From the human T2T-CHM13v2.0 reference genome, Homo sapiens, in NCBI RefSeq assembly GCF_009914755.1, contig NC_060935.1: 64,000 nucleotides of DNA. The stretch is one strand, 5' to 3'. Numbering within the stretch: position 1 is the first letter of the stretch; each line of letters begins with the position of its first letter. The position numbers and the translations under genes are program-made. The notes under the pieces are model-generated. The model saw only the letters and a list, made by a program, of their open reading frames with translations. It was not told the origin of the DNA and searched no databases. Positions 1-12,080 of this stretch are shown piece by piece.

Positions 1-219
1 AAGAACAAATTAATTCCCTGAATCTTTGATGCAAAAGTGAGAGAAGAATAGTAAAAACGAAATTATACTTTTTAAAAAATTAGAATTACAGTAAAAAATA
101 GAATGTTAATTATGAAACAAATCTTATCTTGCTGAGAGAAAACCAAGGGCAAATGAGGGATACAATGAGATAAAGAGGACATCAATCAATGCTCTATGCC
201 CTGGGAACATTTTTTGTAT

Positions 220-955
220 TTACTCATTCAATAGATATTTACTAAGCACCTTCTATGTCTAGGCACTACTCTCAGATTTGGGAATACGGTAGTGAACATA
301 ACAGACAACGTCCCTGTCTTCATAGAGTTTCCATTTAAATGAAAAGAAAGACAGACAATAGGCAAATAGAGAAATCAATCTGAATAAACAATATATGGGC
401 ATCGGTAACAAACCAAGAAAGGGAGATGGGGAGTTCTGGGATTAGGGATACGATTTTATGTAATAGGTGGATCAGCAATGACCCCCAAAATATAGTAGTG
501 AGTCCTGTGGCTCTCGGGGGACAGAGTTTCAGGAAGAGGACAGAGCAATTGCAAAGGTCCCCAGACATGCTGGGCAAATTTGAAGAAGGTGGGAGCCGTG
601 CATTGGGGCCAGTGAGTGGAGGGAAGGAGGTGAGAAGCCGGGGGAGGGGATCCAGTAGGGCTCTGGAGGCCATGCTCAAGGTTCTGGCTATTACTCAAAA
701 TGAGGCAGAAATGTAAGAGATGACATGGTGTACATTTGGAAACTGGCCACTGTGTTGAGACCTGACTAAAGAGGGTCTGAGGCTGGGACCAGGGGGCTAT
801 TGCAGAAATCCAGGCAGGGTGGCTTGGATTAGAGTGCCAACAGTATAGGTACTGATAAGGACGTACAGTCCTCAAAGGTGTTGAAGGTGGAGCTCTGGGA
901 TTTGCATCTGGACTGAATGTGGGGTATGGGAGTGGGAGTGGAGATCTAAGATCTA
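220..955 (-). mobile_element. L2 LINE 3' fragment
   Basis: 'tactcattcaatagatatttactaagcaccttctatgtctaggcact' is the reverse complement of the L2 3' terminus, followed by typical purine-rich antisense L2 body; boundaries approximate. Confidence 0.8.
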
Positions 956-1817
956 ACTTTTTTTCAAGAAAAAATCTGCAGTGGAACAGCAGGACCTGGC
1001 AGGCTTTGGATTTGAAATCTGGATAATCCATTTGAAACCTCAAGGCCCAGGCAGAAGGAAACTAAAAATTAAATTAAACTAAAAATTAAATTAAATCAGA
1101 AGCACATCAGGAGTCGAGAATGACAGAAATTTCAGCCTGAGCTGATGGCTAGAGCCAGATTTCAGTTGCCATGACCACATCTGGAATCCACGTACTCTGC
1201 TTCCCCCAGCTCACTTGCTTTAAGAGTAAAAAGACTTACTTTCTTCCTTGATGCCTTAGTACATAGATTTTTTTTTTTCTGAAATAGACTAAGAAGAAAA
1301 GAAGAGAAACAAAAAAGGTGGAGGACAGAGGCAGAAGACTTCCTGGAACACTAATTTTTTGTTCTGGCATCTCCGAAGTGCAGCTCCAGGTGACCTGGCT
1401 ACCAGCTCCATTTGGTTTATAAGGTCAGTTCTTTTGTCCATCTGACTTCCTTGGCTTAACAAAACAAGTGCTCAGAAACTATCTTCTTACTTGTTTTTGG
1501 ATATCACATCAAGTGCTCAAGCTATATCACTTGATATAGTTTCAGATTAGAACCATTGCTAACTGCACAGAAAGCTTTTGGGTGTGGGACCCAGGCCTGA
1601 GACTACGTCACATCCAAATATGGCCACCTCTTGGATCTTCGAATAAGGAAACTTCCTCTTCATTCCTTAAGTGTCCACTTTCTGAGCTATGATCTGATTG
1701 ACGGGTCTTGTAGCTCTCTCTTCCTTTAGAGACTGGAATGTCTGTCCCCCCCATCTTTCCAGTCTTGGGTTCTAATTCGAAACACTTTCAGTGGCTCCAT
1801 GTTAAACACAATCATGA

Positions 1818-1958
1818 TCTCTTCACCTCTGCTCAGCTGGCATCAGACGAAAGAGTGGTGAGGCTGGCACATGGTCTGCGTCCGGCTCTCTTCACTGCTG
1901 CTCAGCTGGCATCAGACGAAAGAGTGGTGAGGCTGGCACATGGTCTGCATCCGTCTCT
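1818..1958. repeat. 69-bp tandem duplication (~2 copies)
   Basis: 'tctcttcac..gctcagctggcatcagacgaaagagtggtgaggctggcacatggtctgc' starts at 1818 and again at 1887; about 4 mismatches. Confidence 0.95.
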
Positions 1959-2449
1959 ACCTTTGGAAGCGCTTTCACCCTAGTCCTGTCTCTCAGATGA
2001 CTCTGGGATGGGTGGGCTCTCACCATTTTTGTTCGCTGTCATATCCTCGGTGTATAAAGGAACAGCGCATAGTACATGCACAGTAACACTTGGTTGAAGG
2101 AAGAGAGGGTGGAGAAAGAGAGACGGGGAGGAGAGGGGGAGAGAGAAGAAATACATTATTCTGCTCTCCTCTACTTCAATTGCCTTCTTCTGTGAGCGGC
2201 ACCCTCAGAGTGTGCTTCTGGCTGAGCGGTGGCTCTAGTGGAATGCAGCGGGCAGGAGCAATGGCTGTGCAGGCTAACCCAGTCATTAGGTTAACTCACT
2301 GCTCTCAGCCTCTGCCTGCCTTTGAGGGTTCGGATGTTCTTGATCTCATCCGGGCACCATTGTTCCTGTCCTGCCCTGCCGTGGGTGGCTCCAGCTACCT
2401 GACATTAAGCAAAGGGACTTTACTACTCTTGGCCTGAATTTTCTTTCTT

Positions 2450-2615
2450 TTTTTGAAAAAATAATTACTTTTAGTTGACAAATAAAAATTATATACGCTT
2501 TTGATGTACGGCATGATGTTTTGATATAGTATACATTGTGGCACAGCTAAATCAGGCTCATGAACCTATATGCATTATCTCACATATTTGACGTTTTTGT
2601 GTGTGGTGAAAACAA
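2450..2615 (-). mobile_element. L1MA-type 3' end fragment
   Basis: 'ttgacaaataaaaattatata..catgatgttttgatat..tatacattgtgg..tgcattatctcacata..tgtggtga' matches antisense L1MA 3' UTR. Confidence 0.75.
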
Positions 2616-2849
2616 TGCCTCCATTTTCCATAAAATCTAGTTAGTAATAGGATTCTCCCTTTAAAAATCTGTTCTCCAGGATAAATGGGCGAATGCATTC
2701 AGAATGCTTAGAAACATTCCTGGGTGTAGGATGCACCCAGTAAATATTAGCTGTCATTATCATGTAATGTGCGGAGCATGAGGTGTTTGTAGTACAGAGA
2801 AAAAGAGGAATGAGGAAAATGGAGAGACTGGGGCCTAACACCATCTAAC

Positions 2850-2995
2850 AGGCATTCCTTTAACTCTCGCCATGGGATGGGAAATCAGATGTTAGATCCA
2901 TTCTGCAGAGGAAAGTACTGAGACTGGGTGAGTTGTCATTACACCTAAAATCACACAGCAGTGAGCCGGCAGATGGATTCACACCTGCATCAATG
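2850..2995 (-). mobile_element. MIR SINE fragment
   Basis: 'ccattctgcagaggaaagtactgagact..aaatcacacagc..ggattcacacc' is the antisense MIR core. Confidence 0.6.
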
Positions 2996-3469
2996 GCCAG
3001 ACACCCTTCCACTGTACCTACTGCCTTCTTTGCCAACGCTATGAATATCTTGAGCCCTCTCGTGTGGCTTCCTATCCAGGTCTTTCTGGCAAGCTCTTTG
3101 ATGTACTTCCAGGATACCCTGACTGTGGAGTGGGAATGACATATGCAGAGTATTAGAGGGTCATTTTGGCCAAGGGCAGCTGACGGTGGAGTCCCCAGGA
3201 AGAGCGTGCAGGCTTGCAGGTGGATTGGCCCCTAGGAGATTCCAGCAGCAGAAAGTGGCGTGAGGACACTCACTCTACTACCAGTGGGGTGCCAGTGGGG
3301 CATCCCGAGATCAGCGATGTTCAGGAGAAATACCTAAAGAGAGCTGGGGAAGACACCCTAGACTTCTGGGAATAAAAGATGAGATGCCCCACTTAACCTT
3401 ATCCCAAACCAATAATGCAAGCAGAAGAGTGGTCATGCAAAAGAAAATGCACAGAATCTGAAAACAAGT

Positions 3470-3640
3470 GGGTATGGTTGGACTGTGGCTCGGACATTTA
3501 CCACTTATGTGACCCCGCACAAATAACCTAATTTCTTTGAACCCTCATTTTTTTCTCTTTAAAATGTAGATGATCAAAGACAATATCATCTATTGGACGA
3601 ACTGTTTGCGGGGACTAAATTAAACAATTTATGTAAAGAA
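3470..3640 (+). mobile_element. MIR SINE fragment
   Basis: 'ccacttatgtgacc..aaataacctaatttctttgaaccctcattttt..taaaatg' MIR core. Confidence 0.6.
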
Positions 3641-3655
3641 ACAGACACTCAAATA

Positions 3656-4010
3656 CAGTCATACATCATATAATGATGGCTCAGTGAACGACAGACTGAA
3701 TATCAACAGTGGTCCCATAAGATTATATACTGTATTTTTACCTTTCCTATGTTTAGATACACAAATGCTTACCATTGTGTTACAGTTGCCTACAGTGTTC
3801 AATACAGTCACTGCTGTACAGGGGTATAACCTAGGAGCACTGTACAGTGTGTAACCTAGCAGCAGTAGGCTCTGCCCTACAGCCTAGGTGTGTAGTAGGC
3901 TGTACCTTCTAGGTGTGTTTAAGTGTACTCTATGGTGTTTGCACAGTGATGAAATTGTCCAACAGTGCATTTCTTGGAATGTATCCCCATTGTTAAGCAG
4001 TGTGTAACTG
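3656..4010 (+). mobile_element. Tigger3a (MER7A) TcMar non-autonomous DNA transposon, full length
   Basis: Begins CAGTCAT, ends AACTG, TA on both sides; diagnostic 'ggtcccataagattat..tgtttagatacacaaat..gcctaggtgtgtagtaggct'; small internal ~26-bp duplication near 3814-3864. Confidence 0.9.
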
Positions 4011-6619
4011 TAGTTACTATGCACTGGGTCCTCACTTGTTTCTCATGAGAGGCGTGTGTTTTGAATGAAACACCCGCCACTAATGGACAACTGGCCAGGG
4101 GTGTGACACAAGGACAGAATGTGGGTGTTTAGATTCTGCTGAACTGCGACAGACAGAGCCGCTCAAAAAGAGAAAACAGGAGCTAGAAAAAAATAACGGC
4201 ATACTTCTTTTCATTCCCCACTCCAAAAATCTGCCATGTATTTTTCAGCCTTGCTACTTTCCAAGCTAAACGTGGAGTTATTTTGTAAAAGTTCTCCAGG
4301 CTCAGTTTGGGACCCAGGGACAATTCCCATTACACAGGCTGCTGTCTAAGCTCCTGATGTCACGTTTAAAATGGAACAGTGAAGGAATATTATTTTATCT
4401 TTTGTTCTTATCTTTCTATTTTATTCTCCCTTCCTGGACTCTGAAAAACGATTAAAAAATCCCACAGAAAATAAATATATTGATATTGAAAAACAGAAAG
4501 AAAAGTCAACCATTTGAGTTGCTGAGAGTGGCAGGTGCGTGAAATGTAAAGTCAGAGAAACAAGAAGAATAAGAATAAAGGCAAGGACCAAGGCAAGTTA
4601 ATACCTGAAGGAAAGGAATTCCCAGGGGAAGCACTGATGCTGCGGAAAAATGACTCCTTCCAAGTGACGGAGACAACATATTGCAAATTATTACATGCAG
4701 GACAGGACGCTGTGGTTTCAGGAACAAGAGCATGTTCTCATCTCCTGGGCCTGATGAAGCTGACAAATACAATCAAAGCCTTTCTCAGTGAATTCTCAAG
4801 AGGGAAGTGTTCAGAAGGTGTTGCTGTCTTACAAGTGAGGCTAACTTGAGAACCCCCAACCATTTCCTTGCACCCAGCACAGACATGTGAACTCCTGGTA
4901 TGGAGGGCCCTTCTCTAGGTCCTTGTCTGTTCTGCCCAACAGTCCTATGCGGTGAATGCACACTTACCCTCGAGGGAACCAGGAGTGAACTAACATGCTG
5001 GTGTCAACGAGAAATCAGAGCACATATGGCAATTTTATAAGAGCACTTAGAAGCAAGTGCAAACCTCAGATTCCTCAACTTTCAATCAACTCTATAATAA
5101 TACCTCCTTTACCTAATTCACAGGGCTTTCAACAGAGAAAAATACACACAGCGGTTTTTAATAAAAAAAAAAAGTACGTGGTTATACATCTGTCATCAAT
5201 ATGTCATAATTAATCATAAATAGGGCATAGATCATTAAATAAACTAAGTACTTTCGGAGGGAGGGTTCTAATATTTGCTGCACGGAATAGTTAATTATGT
5301 GTTAGAGTTCTTCTACCACCTTTACAGGTTTAGTGGTTTTGTCTGCACTAGACATAGGAGTGAGGTAAAGCTTGGAGATTTTAAACTGCCAGGGTCCTAC
5401 CGAGAGGCCTCGGGTCCTTGATGACTCGCTGCGCCGTGGGAATGGAGTGGGACAGTGAAATGGTGTGACACAGGGTAACTTTCTGGAGGAGAGGGACATA
5501 GTCCAGTTCTGTGACCAGCTGCCAGAGAGGAGTGGAGAGGAGAGAGAGGGACAGTTCCCAAGCGTCACATCTCCCTGCCGCTTCATCCTCCTGAAACCAC
5601 TCATACTTGGACTAACTTGGAGGTTCATAGTGAGGAAGAAGTGGGGTGGGATGGTGAATCAACTAGCAATGTCTGACTCAGGGTAACGGGTGTGGGGACA
5701 CAGCCACATAGCAAAGAGTCTGCCATCATACCAGGTTCTGCTCTGCAGGGTCTGATATATTGGCGTTGGCTATCCATTGATCAGCTCTGGGTGAAATGTG
5801 TCTTGAAAGTCTGATGGGCATTTCTATCTCTGCTACTGCAACTTCCTGTTTTCTGTCCTTCTAGAGAATGCAACATCAGGAGAGAGGAATGGATATTTGC
5901 TATCAATTTCTAGGGAAAGAAACTTACCATTAATTGTTTCTGACAAGCGCTTAAGAACACAACGTCCCTGAAAGCAAGACAAAGTGGGATTTGATTATTT
6001 TTGAAACAAGACGGAAGCCAGTGTTGGGGCTGTGTCCCCATCACAGTGGGGTTGGCTCAGCATCCCTCCTCCCGTCTGGGAGTGAAGATGTGTCTGAAGG
6101 AGTCAGGCTGAGTACCACAGACGCTGCCGGCGCTCCTCCCAGGTGTCAGATGATGACTGAGTAACAGACTCTGAGGAAACAGGCACTGGGATAAATTGCT
6201 GCTGCAGTCCCACAAAAACAGAAGGGGAAATGTGCCGGAAGCAATCAGGGCTTTTGAGAAACAGTGAGACTTCATGGCACATCTCTCAGCCAATCGTCTC
6301 AGATGGCTTTGCAGGCATCGGGTAATTAGTCCCAACAACTTCACTGTGAATAAAGTATTAATAGACCTCCGTTTACAAAAGGAGAAGGGGATGGAGAAAT
6401 GAGGCACACAGGCCAAGAATCAAAATAGCAATTTGATAGCAACACTAGGAAAAAAAAAGTCAAGAAAATAGACATTAAATCTCAAGTCAGGGTAACCAAT
6501 CCCAAGTCTTTAAAAACAAACAAACCTGTTTTGTTAAAGAAATACACAAGGCAATATAAGTCTTTATGCAAGAACCAGGACTTAGGGAACGAACTGAGGT
6601 GGCTTCCAATGCTTCCCTC

Positions 6620-7040
6620 CTTCAACCCCACCCTAGCACACTTTGGCTCCATCCAGAAGGAACTTTCAATTATTTGATTACCCCATTCTCCTGCTCATTT
6701 TCACTCCTTCAAACTTGCTGTCCCTGTAGCTGGGAGCCCTCACCAACCTCCAAGACCCCCAATCTTTCATGACTCCCACGTATCCTTTTGAGCTCCCCTT
6801 AGACATTCCCTCAAGGATCTCCCCCTGGTCTCTAAGTCTAGATTACATTTGCTTCCAGAATACACACTGTTCTTGCCCATCACAATCTTCATCATACCAT
6901 GTTGTTGTCACTGCCATTTGGTATTTCCCACTAAAGTGTGTGGTCAGGAACTCATGTCTATCTTGCTCAGTAGTTACTCATCGGGACTTAGAACACTATC
7001 TGGCATGTATTAGGATCTCAATAAATATGTATTGAATGAC
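6620..7040 (+). mobile_element. L2 LINE 3' fragment
   Basis: Ends with 'tggcatgtattaggatctcaataaatatgtattgaatga', the L2 3' terminus. Confidence 0.7.
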
Positions 7041-7724
7041 TAGTTGGAGACAATTCTTGTCTTAAGGAAGCTTTCAATCTAGTGGGTAAGATAAATACAT
7101 GAACACACAGTCCAAGGGAATGAGGATGGGTTGAGTATAAAGTATGAGTTAAAGTAGCAAGCTTTAACATTCCAAGCCAGAACAATGTGGTTAATACCAT
7201 GGCATATGCTATTGCTTTCGATTAGAATCCCATCCTGATAGATTTTTCTGTGCTGGAGAGCTTCCCCAGCACAGAATAATGGATGTGATGAGATGTCCTC
7301 AGGGCAGGTGAGATGTCTACATGGAAGCTACCTTTTAAATTTAATCTCAGAGACTTGCCTGTCAATCTTTGGACAGATAAAGATCTTCAAGATACATCTC
7401 CTATGTTGTCTATCTTAAAGCAGAAGTATGATTCGGCACCTTGGGCAGATAAATAGTTGTTTGTTTCCCTAGAGAGGCTGTTTAGTATAACAGGAAGGAC
7501 TTTGTAGGCGGTGGAATGCAATGTGTTGGAAAGAGTGTACATTTTGGAATTAAAATGACCTTGGCTCCAATCCCAGCTCTGCAATTTACTCGCAGTTTGA
7601 TTTGGACCAAGTTACAGTGTCTCTGAGCGTCACACTTAGTATTGCTACAGAGTTGTACAGATTAACATTATATTACAGACTTGAGCCTCGGTAATTTTTA
7701 TCGATGGTGTAAAATGGAAATGAT

Positions 7725-7920
7725 TCAATTTCCCACCTCTGCCACATTCTAGCCATGTGCTCCTGAGCAAGTTTTCTGATCACTCCGAGCCTCAGTTTTC
7801 TCACTTGTAAGATGTAGACAATCAAATCCTCCTTGCATATCTACTGTGAAGATTAAGTGAGGTATGTATATAAAGTTCTTAATTTGGTACCTGCATCATA
7901 ACAGGCACTCACTGAATATA
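7725..7920 (+). mobile_element. MIR SINE
   Basis: 'ctctgccacattctagccatgtg..gagcaagtt..gagcctcagttttctcacttgtaagatg..aggcactcactgaat'. Confidence 0.8.
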
Positions 7921-8028
7921 TTTTCTTGTCTTTTTGGTATTAAATATAATGGAATTTTATCAAATAATTGTTTTGCTGTGAGCCATGGTAGAATATGACT
8001 GCCTTCTGCCTTTTAAATTTTAACTCCC

Positions 8029-8390
8029 TGACATGGTTTTTCTGTGTCCCTACCCAAATCTCATCTGGAATTGTAGCTCTCACAATTCCCATGTGTCGTG
8101 GGAGGGACCCAGTGGGAGGTAATTGAATCATGTGGATGGGTCTTTCCCGTGCTGTTCTCGAGATAGTGAATAAGTCTCATGAGATCTGATGATTTTATAA
8201 AGGGCAGTTCTCCTGCACACGCTCTCTTGCCTGCCACCATGTAAGATGTGACTTTGCTCCTCCTTACCTTCTGCATGGTTGGGAGGCCTCCCCAGCCATG
8301 TGGAACTGTGAGTCAATTAAACTTCTTTTCTTTATAAATTATCCAGTCTCGGGTATGTCTTTATCAGCAGCATGAGAACAGACTAATATA
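8029..8390 (+). mobile_element. THE1B-like MaLR solo LTR
   Basis: 'tgacatggttt..cccaaatctcatc..gggacccagtgggaggtaattgaatcatg..agactaatata'; 5-bp TSD ctccc/ctcct. Confidence 0.92.
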
Positions 8391-9897
8391 CTCCTTCTCT
8401 AGTTCATCCAGTAGGTGCAGTTCCTTCTGTGTGATCTCAGCCTCCCCATCCACTGATGTAACAATGGCCCTGACTATGTTTTTCCCTTTCTCTCTTTCCT
8501 AGCCCCAGTCAAGAATTTCTGGCAACCCCTCAAGGCCAGAGTGGACAGCCCTGGATATTCAGACCACATTTCAGGGAACTTCTTACATCCCACTGACTTT
8601 TCTGTCTTGACATTAATTTAGAAATCCAGTCACCAAACAGTTGGATAAAACATGTGTCATCTCATGCAACTGATAGAACAGTATCACCATTCAAGAGCTC
8701 TGATAAATAACTGAAAGGGACATTTCCATAAACATTCTTATTCTGTTCCTAACTGCAAGAGGATATTAGGTTGTTAGCATAAAATTTGCCTATTCAGCTT
8801 TCTGAGTCTACTTTATGAGGAGAAAACTGATTTTCTTTTTAGATACAAATATATTAAAGTTCACAATTAATTTAGATAACACCATGTGAGCTGATAATAA
8901 AATGTCTAGCAATTAAATAATGAATGCTAGGAAGCCATAGTCATCAGAGATAATCAGAATACACCTTTATTTTAATGATGTAAAATCAGTGTGTTTTCAT
9001 ATGATTTAATTATAGATTGACAGGAAAAAGTGCAAAACCATAGATTAACAATTTAAGGTAATGCATACACTAGAAACTGTTTCCAAAACTGTGATTAGTA
9101 CTGAGCAAGTTAAATTCATCATCTTATAAAAGAGAATTTATAGATTTCAAATATAATAGCTTAGCATGAATAGAGATAGAAGACCTTTGAGTACGATATG
9201 AGTAGATAATTTTTCCTATAACATAGAATGAAGTGAAACTGCTAAGTAATGCACACATTTCTCTGAAGGCAGGTTTTGCCCATCATACTGTTTAGGCTTA
9301 TAGTAGAAAACACTGGTCCCGAGGACTTACATCCATTGTAAAATGCAGACCCAACTATATCATGTTTTTGCACAATTCTAGGGGTACCTCTTTGATGTGT
9401 GCTCCAGGACAGCTGGTGGCCCTGGATCTAACAATATTCCACCTGTTCATAGAGACAATAAGATCTACAGGTTCAGATGGGGAGTCTGAGATGCAACAAA
9501 GACTCTTCAAGTTCTTCAATTAGGAAAGCCTCTTTATGTCTAAGAGTGATGCTACACTTCTCTGGGAAGAAGGGCATCTCTGAGCTCTAAATGCTTTATG
9601 TATCTGGCATTTTAAATAATACCACCAAATATGGGAGCCACTGAATTGATGAAATCACAAACTGGAAATTCCCCGAGAGTGAAACAAACAAACAAACAAA
9701 CTTGGGTTCTGACATTCTGCAGAAAGCAGGTGTATATGACTGAACAGGGAGAAGGGACTTTCCTCAAAGAACCTCAGAGCCACAAGGTGCTTCTTTTCAG
9801 AGGAACATAGAACAGTTACTCTGGGGATTTCACGGACACCTTCTCACTCACTGATCTGGTCACATTCTGTACCCTAGTAGGCAGCCCAGATTTTCAC

Positions 9898-9957
9898 ATT
9901 GACATAGACTGAACTTTATTACTCATTTATTGACACAGACTGAACTTTATTACTCAT
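9898..9957. repeat. 31-bp tandem duplication
   Basis: 'attgaca(t/c)agactgaactttattactcat' at 9898 and 9929, one mismatch. Confidence 0.95.
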
Positions 9958-11459
9958 GTTTTTTCTTTTTCTGGTTGAAAAAATGATGAACACTGTGAAT
10001 TTCACTTAAAGCCACCTGCTACCCATTTCAGGCAATGGTAAAAACTAACATCAACAGGCTAGACAAAGTAGCCATGGGAGCTGAATTTCATTCCAGAAAT
10101 GGACAATATCGTTAACATGCACTAAGAGCAGCAAACCATCTCTCTAACTAGGGAAGCATTATCGATAAGATTACCTTTCTGTAAGAGCAAGAAGAATATC
10201 CCATCATTTACTGCAGAAGAGAGTATTGTGCAAAGGTTTGGGCTAACCTCAGCACCCCTGTAGTTAAAGATCTTCATGATAATGAAAGAAATGAATAAAA
10301 AGAAAATGCTTCCAAGAGGTGTGATTTTATACATTTTATTCTCGTAGCTAGATAACTATGAGATATAACTTCAAAATACAAGAAGGCTTAAATAAAAGAT
10401 GATACTTGGGAGCTCCTGCATGCCGACATTGGAATCTAATTCTCACATTTTAGTCTCCTGTCCTATTCATGTGGAGGTGCTAAGAATGACAGCAAAGACA
10501 CCAAGAACTGATTACTTGCTACTCTGTTAATTTTTATGTTTAATTTCAAGTTTTGTGTTGTGTTTGTGTTGGATTGATTGATTGATTAATAGAAAACAGA
10601 GAGCAAACCTATTCTCTGGGCCCCATTCAGCACACTGTGGAGTTCTTGATACACTGCAAAATTCCCAGTGTTTTCTTCATGTGTCCTCACTCTATAAGCT
10701 TTAGCTAGATGGGAAATTATTCTGCTAGGGAGCTTTAAAATATCACACAGTTGGGACAAAGAAAAAAAAAACCATCTCTTTGTTCATCTGGAAAATGAGA
10801 AGGCTAGACAAATGATCCCTCTGGTCTCCTCCAAGTCTTAAATTCTCTATTTCTCTGATGCTTGGAGACATATAAGGGATTGTTTTAGGAAAGAAATACT
10901 AAGTACCAATGACATTTTTTGGCTTCCATTTAAAATAGATATCAAATACCTGTTTATGCTTTCAGATGTGTGCATTCCCATAGCAATTTCTTGTTCAATT
11001 CAACATGGAGGTACACTGGCTGACAGAGTGGAAACACTGTAAACAGGTGGTTTTCGTGGTTTATATTTTAACACTGAAAGGACTCAAAGAACCTCAGACA
11101 GCCAGGAATAGGAGAAAATATTTCCCTCCAATTAAATTGTTCCTATATATCCTAACATGCTTGCGACACGTGTGACTCATTCCAAGTCCAGAATCGTAGG
11201 TATGAGACAGTGAAAAGGACACTCTGCTTCCACCTGATATAGTCTCTGCTGTGCTACCAAGTTTACAGAAGAAGTATACAAGGCCCAGAGAGATTCACAG
11301 GGACGTTAGCCTGAGGAAGCTGTTGATTAAAATCAAGGCTACTGTGTCCTCGTTAAGGTCTGTGTATAGGATTCTGAATTGCTCCTTGAAGTAAATGCAC
11401 CAATTCGACATTTATGCTGAGGCTGATGAGGAAGGTTACGCTGATCTAACACAGTAAGA

Positions 11460-11675
11460 CATCAGACTTTGTGGCCAGGAATGCCTGGATTCATCATTTA
11501 CTTGATGTGTGACTTCTAATGAGTTGTATACCCTTTGTGCGTCTAAATTCCCTACTCTATAAAATAAGAGGGTGATAATGCCTACCTCAAAACATTTTTA
11601 TAGAGATTAAAAAGGGTAACATACATAAAGTATCTCAATATCCCAGAACCTGGCCCAGAGTAAACATCCACAAAA
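11460..11675 (+). mobile_element. MIR SINE
   Basis: 'cagactttg..cctggattc..tgtgtgactt..ctctataaaataagagggtgataatgcctacctca..agattaaa'. Confidence 0.7.
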
Positions 11676-11904
11676 TAATCATCCTCTCTTGCCATTTTCA
11701 AAGTGTTAAGGGATAAAGCACACACACAAAGCACTCTTCTTCAGTTCTCACCAGCTGGATCTTTGCCTGACATTGATAGATGTTGTCTGAATCTAAACTG
11801 AAAACATGAAGGTAGATGGGCCTTAAACACATTAAGGATCAACAATTTCAGTAGAATTAAATGGTAGGAAGAGAGGATATCATCATAGCCATCAATAATA
11901 ATGA

Positions 11905-12080
11905 TACTAATTAGCTTCCATTTAACAAGCACTTACTGTGTGTGTGGCACTATGATAAACACATGCATTGTTTCACTGAACACATACAACACTAAGAAAT
12001 AGCTAGAGTTGTTCCTCCCATTTTACTGAGGAAGGAGCTAAAGCTTAGAAACTGATTGGTAGAACCAATATTCTCACCCC
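11905..12080 (-). mobile_element. MIR SINE
   Basis: 'agcacttactgtgtgtgtggcactatg..cccattttactgaggaaggagctaaagcttaga'. Confidence 0.7.

Noticed and set aside
456-1043. 195-aa minus-strand ORF
   Set aside because: Lies over decayed L2 sequence, has a non-ATG start and no recognisable domain
1522-1539. 8-bp inverted repeat ctatatca-ct-tgatatag; also the 17-bp tandem repeat at 1059-1095
   Set aside because: Short and AT-rich; expected by chance or simple slippage in 64 kb
1818-1958. Repeat units as a possible CRISPR-like array
   Set aside because: Only two contiguous copies, no unique spacers, eukaryotic context, no cas genes
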